DNA from: Takakia lepidozioides
Lineage: Eukaryota; Plantae; Bryophyta
Reading direction: 5' to 3'
Assembly: GCA_030704615.1 (NCBI GenBank)
Contig: CM060733.1
Span: 41,478,001 to 41,542,000, forward strand
DNA: 64,000 nt
The position numbers and the translations under genes are program-made. Under the pieces are notes generated by a model that did not search any database, was not told the DNA's origin, and worked only from the letters and a program-made list of their open reading frames with translations. Positions 60,516 to 64,000 of the stretch are shown piece by piece. Position 1 is the stretch's first letter. Each line of letters starts with the position of its first letter.

Positions 60516-60979
60516 CGCTCGCGCTCGCTCTCTCTCTCTCTCTCTTTATTCGTGGGGGATTTTTACATTTCAAAATTCCCTGGCGTATTAGGCCCACTCG
60601 TACCTTGTGCACAGCCAGGTATGTAGCAAGGGGCTCACACCTGTGAAGCACCTCGCCTGGCTTGCTACCCTGCGTAAACAATTGGAAAAAAAAAATGCCT
60701 TGCCAGGCTGCCAGTGGCTTACACTCCGTAACGCCACTCGCCAGCCTGCCACTTTATTCCGCGAATTAAGCCCACTCGAAATACAAAGGAGTTTTTTGGA
60801 AAATTGCTTACGGAAGCAGAAACACGATGACCTCGGGACAGGGGAGTATCGAGTAGTCAGGGCTTCAACAGGATTGAGCAATCATGCCTTGGAGTTACGG
60901 GGTGGAACTAAAACAGTTTCAGATTGGTTTAGCATAGGTGCGTGTGAATGCCCACGTCAAGGATTTTGCCTGCCTAGTA

Positions 60980-61919
60980 CCGTCCCTGGACAACCGTTTA
61001 GGCATTTTTGCGCCTAATAATAAAATCAATCAATCAGAAAACTAGGCATGTTTTGAAAACAATTTCTCAAATTAGGCATCTTCATGCTATAATTTTTTAG
61101 AATTAGGCACATGAGAAGATAAAACATTTATTTTTTTAAGAATAAAATTACAAAATAGACACCCAAAGCCAATGGCCCCTTCCAGGCTCCAGCTACCTTT
61201 TATTGGCTCTCTTGTGGAGGGAGACTTTGCGGAGACATGCAAGTCAATGGAGAAAATGTGGTCAAAGTACCTTACACCGTGTCAAGGCGCTCATTGGTGT
61301 GTTGGGCTGAGTCATGCTCCCTAGTCTTACCTTCCTCTTATGTTGTGCCAAAGCAAAACAAGAGAGCCAATTTCCTTTGAAACCCTAAAAATGACCTAGT
61401 TTGTTGTTGTACGCGGTGTTCCAAGGATCAAGATGGTACGACAAGCTCTCCCTTCGCTCTCATACTTTAGGTGAGTTCAATATATTGATGGTTCACACTA
61501 GTGTAGGCAAGTTGGTACAGGGCTTTTGTACATTGGTCATTGGGTAAGCACGCTGGTTCAGGGCTTTGATACATTGGTCATTTGGTACACCGGTTTCCAT
61601 ATTGGTATGCTGGTGCATGGTGAAACCTCTTACATAATGGTACTCTTGAGTTGTGGTAGGCTGGTAGGTTAGTTATTTATTGATTTTTGTTCAAAGAAAT
61701 GTTGATCTTATTACAAAGAACAACCATGAGAAGAGGCTTGCAAGTTTTTTGGTGGAATTTTTGGGCATTAGGCACTTTGGTCCCATAATTTCCCAACAAT
61801 TAACAATTAGGCCAAAATCTGAAAAATTCACAGAATTGATTAGGCACTTTCATTTTGAATTAATAAAAATAAAAATAAAAATAAAAATAATTGTCGCCTA
61901 AACGGTTGTCCAGAGACAG
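60980..61919. mobile_element. Non-autonomous Tc1/mariner-type element (940 bp)
   Basis: TIRs CCGTCCCTGGACAACCGTTTAGGC / GCCTAAACGGTTGTCCAGAGACAG (22 of 24 match), TA on both sides (60978-79, 61920-21), repeated subterminal TTAGGCA. Confidence 0.85.
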
Positions 61920-62313
61920 TATGGCCGCTGACGTATTTGGAGGAGGATTAAAAAGCAGAATTCTACGTCTAGTGCCACTAGCACATTATGCCATTTGCAG
62001 TAGCACATTATGAAAACATAACGTGTTTGAATAACTTGCAGGCCAATGAGAGGGCGGCAGACGCAATCCCTTACGTTATGGATGGGCCACAACATGCCAT
62101 TATGGCGGTTTTGGCGGCAGCTCGCCACCACCGTACCCGCACAATGTCAGGTTGCGGCCCATTCCATAGTACAAAATATTTGTATTACGTTCAACATTTC
62201 AATCTCGAAACAAACGTCTGAGTTGGCAACTTGGGATTGGGTGATTCAGAAGTGACAGGGCTCGCTTGTTTGTGAGGGAGGCACGAGAGTGTGTCGACGG
62301 GAGAGTTTTGGAG

Positions 62314-63603
62314 ATGGCCGCTGCTGCCTCACTCGCTGTCACCCCCTTGCCATGTCTCATCAACACCCATCAAGGGTCCTCGCGGTCCATCACACCTCGC
62401 GCCTTTTACCATAAGGAATTGCAAATCCCTGATTTTTCTGCAAATAAGTTCTCTCTCCTTGGAAACTTATCCAGCAGATCATTCCACATCGGGGTGAAGC
62501 AGACAGACGAAGGCACATGGAAGAGATGCATTTCTGAGCTTGAGAAAGACGATTCTTATTCTCACAAGAGGAGATCGAATATAGTAAGGGCTAGTAGGAA
62601 TAGAGAAGACAGCAACACAGATGATGATGGGGTGATTAGGGATATGGAGCGTTACCTGAATGACTTGTCGATTGAGTATGACAGTGTCTGGGACACCAAG
62701 CCAGCATGGTACGTGGGTGTGTGGTCATCCTTACTAATCATTCAGGACAAATGTAGTAGTAAAGGGATTCATCGGTAGGGGTCAGGGTTTTGATGGCAAT
62801 CACAAAGTGTGCTCTCAGGAACAAAACAGAGGGAAAGAAAGAAAGTTTTCAGCGTCCAAGGCCCCGATTGTAAGCCAAGCGGGAGAGAGGACACCTTTTC
62901 AAGTGGGAAGTCAGGTGGAAAAAAAATGGTAGCAGCCCGCCCCTCACCATTAGGTACACCAATTGGGAAACAACCAGTATATAGCGAAAGATATGTACAG
63001 ATCGGGTAGAGTAATCTTGGTGGCTTTTTGCAGCCTAGGCTTCGGGTTGCCAATCTCCATCATGGTAGTGTAGCTGGTGTGATTTTTGAAAGGTTTGTTA
63101 AATACAGTAGTCTCTGTACTAAAAGAGTTTGTATGTCTTTGTTTCCTAAGCATTATACTTGCTTGGGTGTTCTGTCTGTCTACTTTTCTCTGTCTCTCCA
63201 TTGCAAATGGAGGAATCCCCTAGTGAATCGTGCCTGGAGATCCAAGGAGCTGGGACAAGTACCCGCACTCCTATGGGCACCCATTCTAAACCTATGTCCC
63301 GATGCTGTGTCAGTCGGAAGGTCAATATGAGCGGACAGAAAAGTGGAGACTTCTGGGCCTGTAGATTGACCTAGATACAGCTCTTTGATTACACTTCTTT
63401 GGCTAATGAGTTTGATACCCCAAGGATCGAAAGCAGTGTTGTGGCTGTTGGTTGCTGGCAGGTGCCAGCCGTGGACAATTATCTTGACAGGAGTGATAGG
63501 GGTCAGTGCATCCTGGTTGCTGTTTCACTGGGTGGTGCTCACTGTGGTTTTGTCACTGCTGGTGGCTGCATGGTGGTTCATTTTTCTCTACTCTTACCCA
63601 ATG
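62314..63603 (+). CDS. DAC: DUF6737 chloroplast membrane protein, DAC (At3g17930)-like; exons 62314-62708 and 63462-63603, last exon beyond the window
   Basis: Transit-peptide-like N-terminus; DMERYLNDLSIEYDSVWDTKPAW|CQPWTIILTG...WWFIFLYSYP joined by a GT-AG intron. Confidence 0.85.
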
Positions 63604-64000
63604 GTGAGTTGGCTTGGGCCTAGTATTTGAGGAAAGATACAAAATGCATTCGGCATGTCAGTAAGAGGTGAAGTTCTAACACAAGGACTTTCCTGGATTT
63701 AAGAGTCTGTGTGACCTGAGGGCAGACTAGAAAATCCAGGAAAGTTCTAGGGTAAGAAGCACTGGTTTCAAAGTACCCCCTGCCCCTGCCCAAATTATGA
63801 GAATGTCCGGGGCTTAGGGCTGTAATCCAGAACTGCCCGGGACAGAACAAGTAGTCCTGTGACAGGAAAAATGTGCTCGGGGATGTCCCTATATTAAGAA
63901 GAGAATTTTCGAACAGTGCTTGACAATGCCTTAGCATCGCAGTAGCATTTCCTGGTGTGTAGTTTGCTCTCAATCGCAGTTTCCTCCAGCTTGTGAACAG

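Overview
Eukaryotic nuclear DNA from a land plant, most likely a non-seed plant (inference from spliced LpxD, DAC, Nup188-like and CCHCR1-like genes plus Athila/Phygy-like and chromoviral Ty3/gypsy elements). About 1-26.8 kb is a transposon nest. It starts with a decayed Mutator (MULE)-type transposase carrying a GCM-like zinc finger, flanked by a ~5 kb foldback array of a 30-bp perfect palindrome and poly(A)-looped hairpins. Next come three self-nested pieces of one non-chromovirus gypsy family with a ~1,180-codon accessory ORF, and a head-to-head truncated chromovirus. About 26.8-64 kb is gene-rich: an orphan two-exon Nup188 fragment, a CCHCR1/HCR-like gene divergent from an At1g80700-like gene, and LpxD divergent from DAC. 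At least nine co-oriented pieces of an RTE/RTEX-like LINE sit mostly at GA/TC tracts in introns, and a TA-flanked mariner-type MITE lies between LpxD and DAC. The most notable candidate system is the GCM-finger MULE transposase beside a palindromic array rich in ACCTGCAT, one base from the animal GCM motif ACCCGCAT. All homology calls are from recognised motifs, not database searches.
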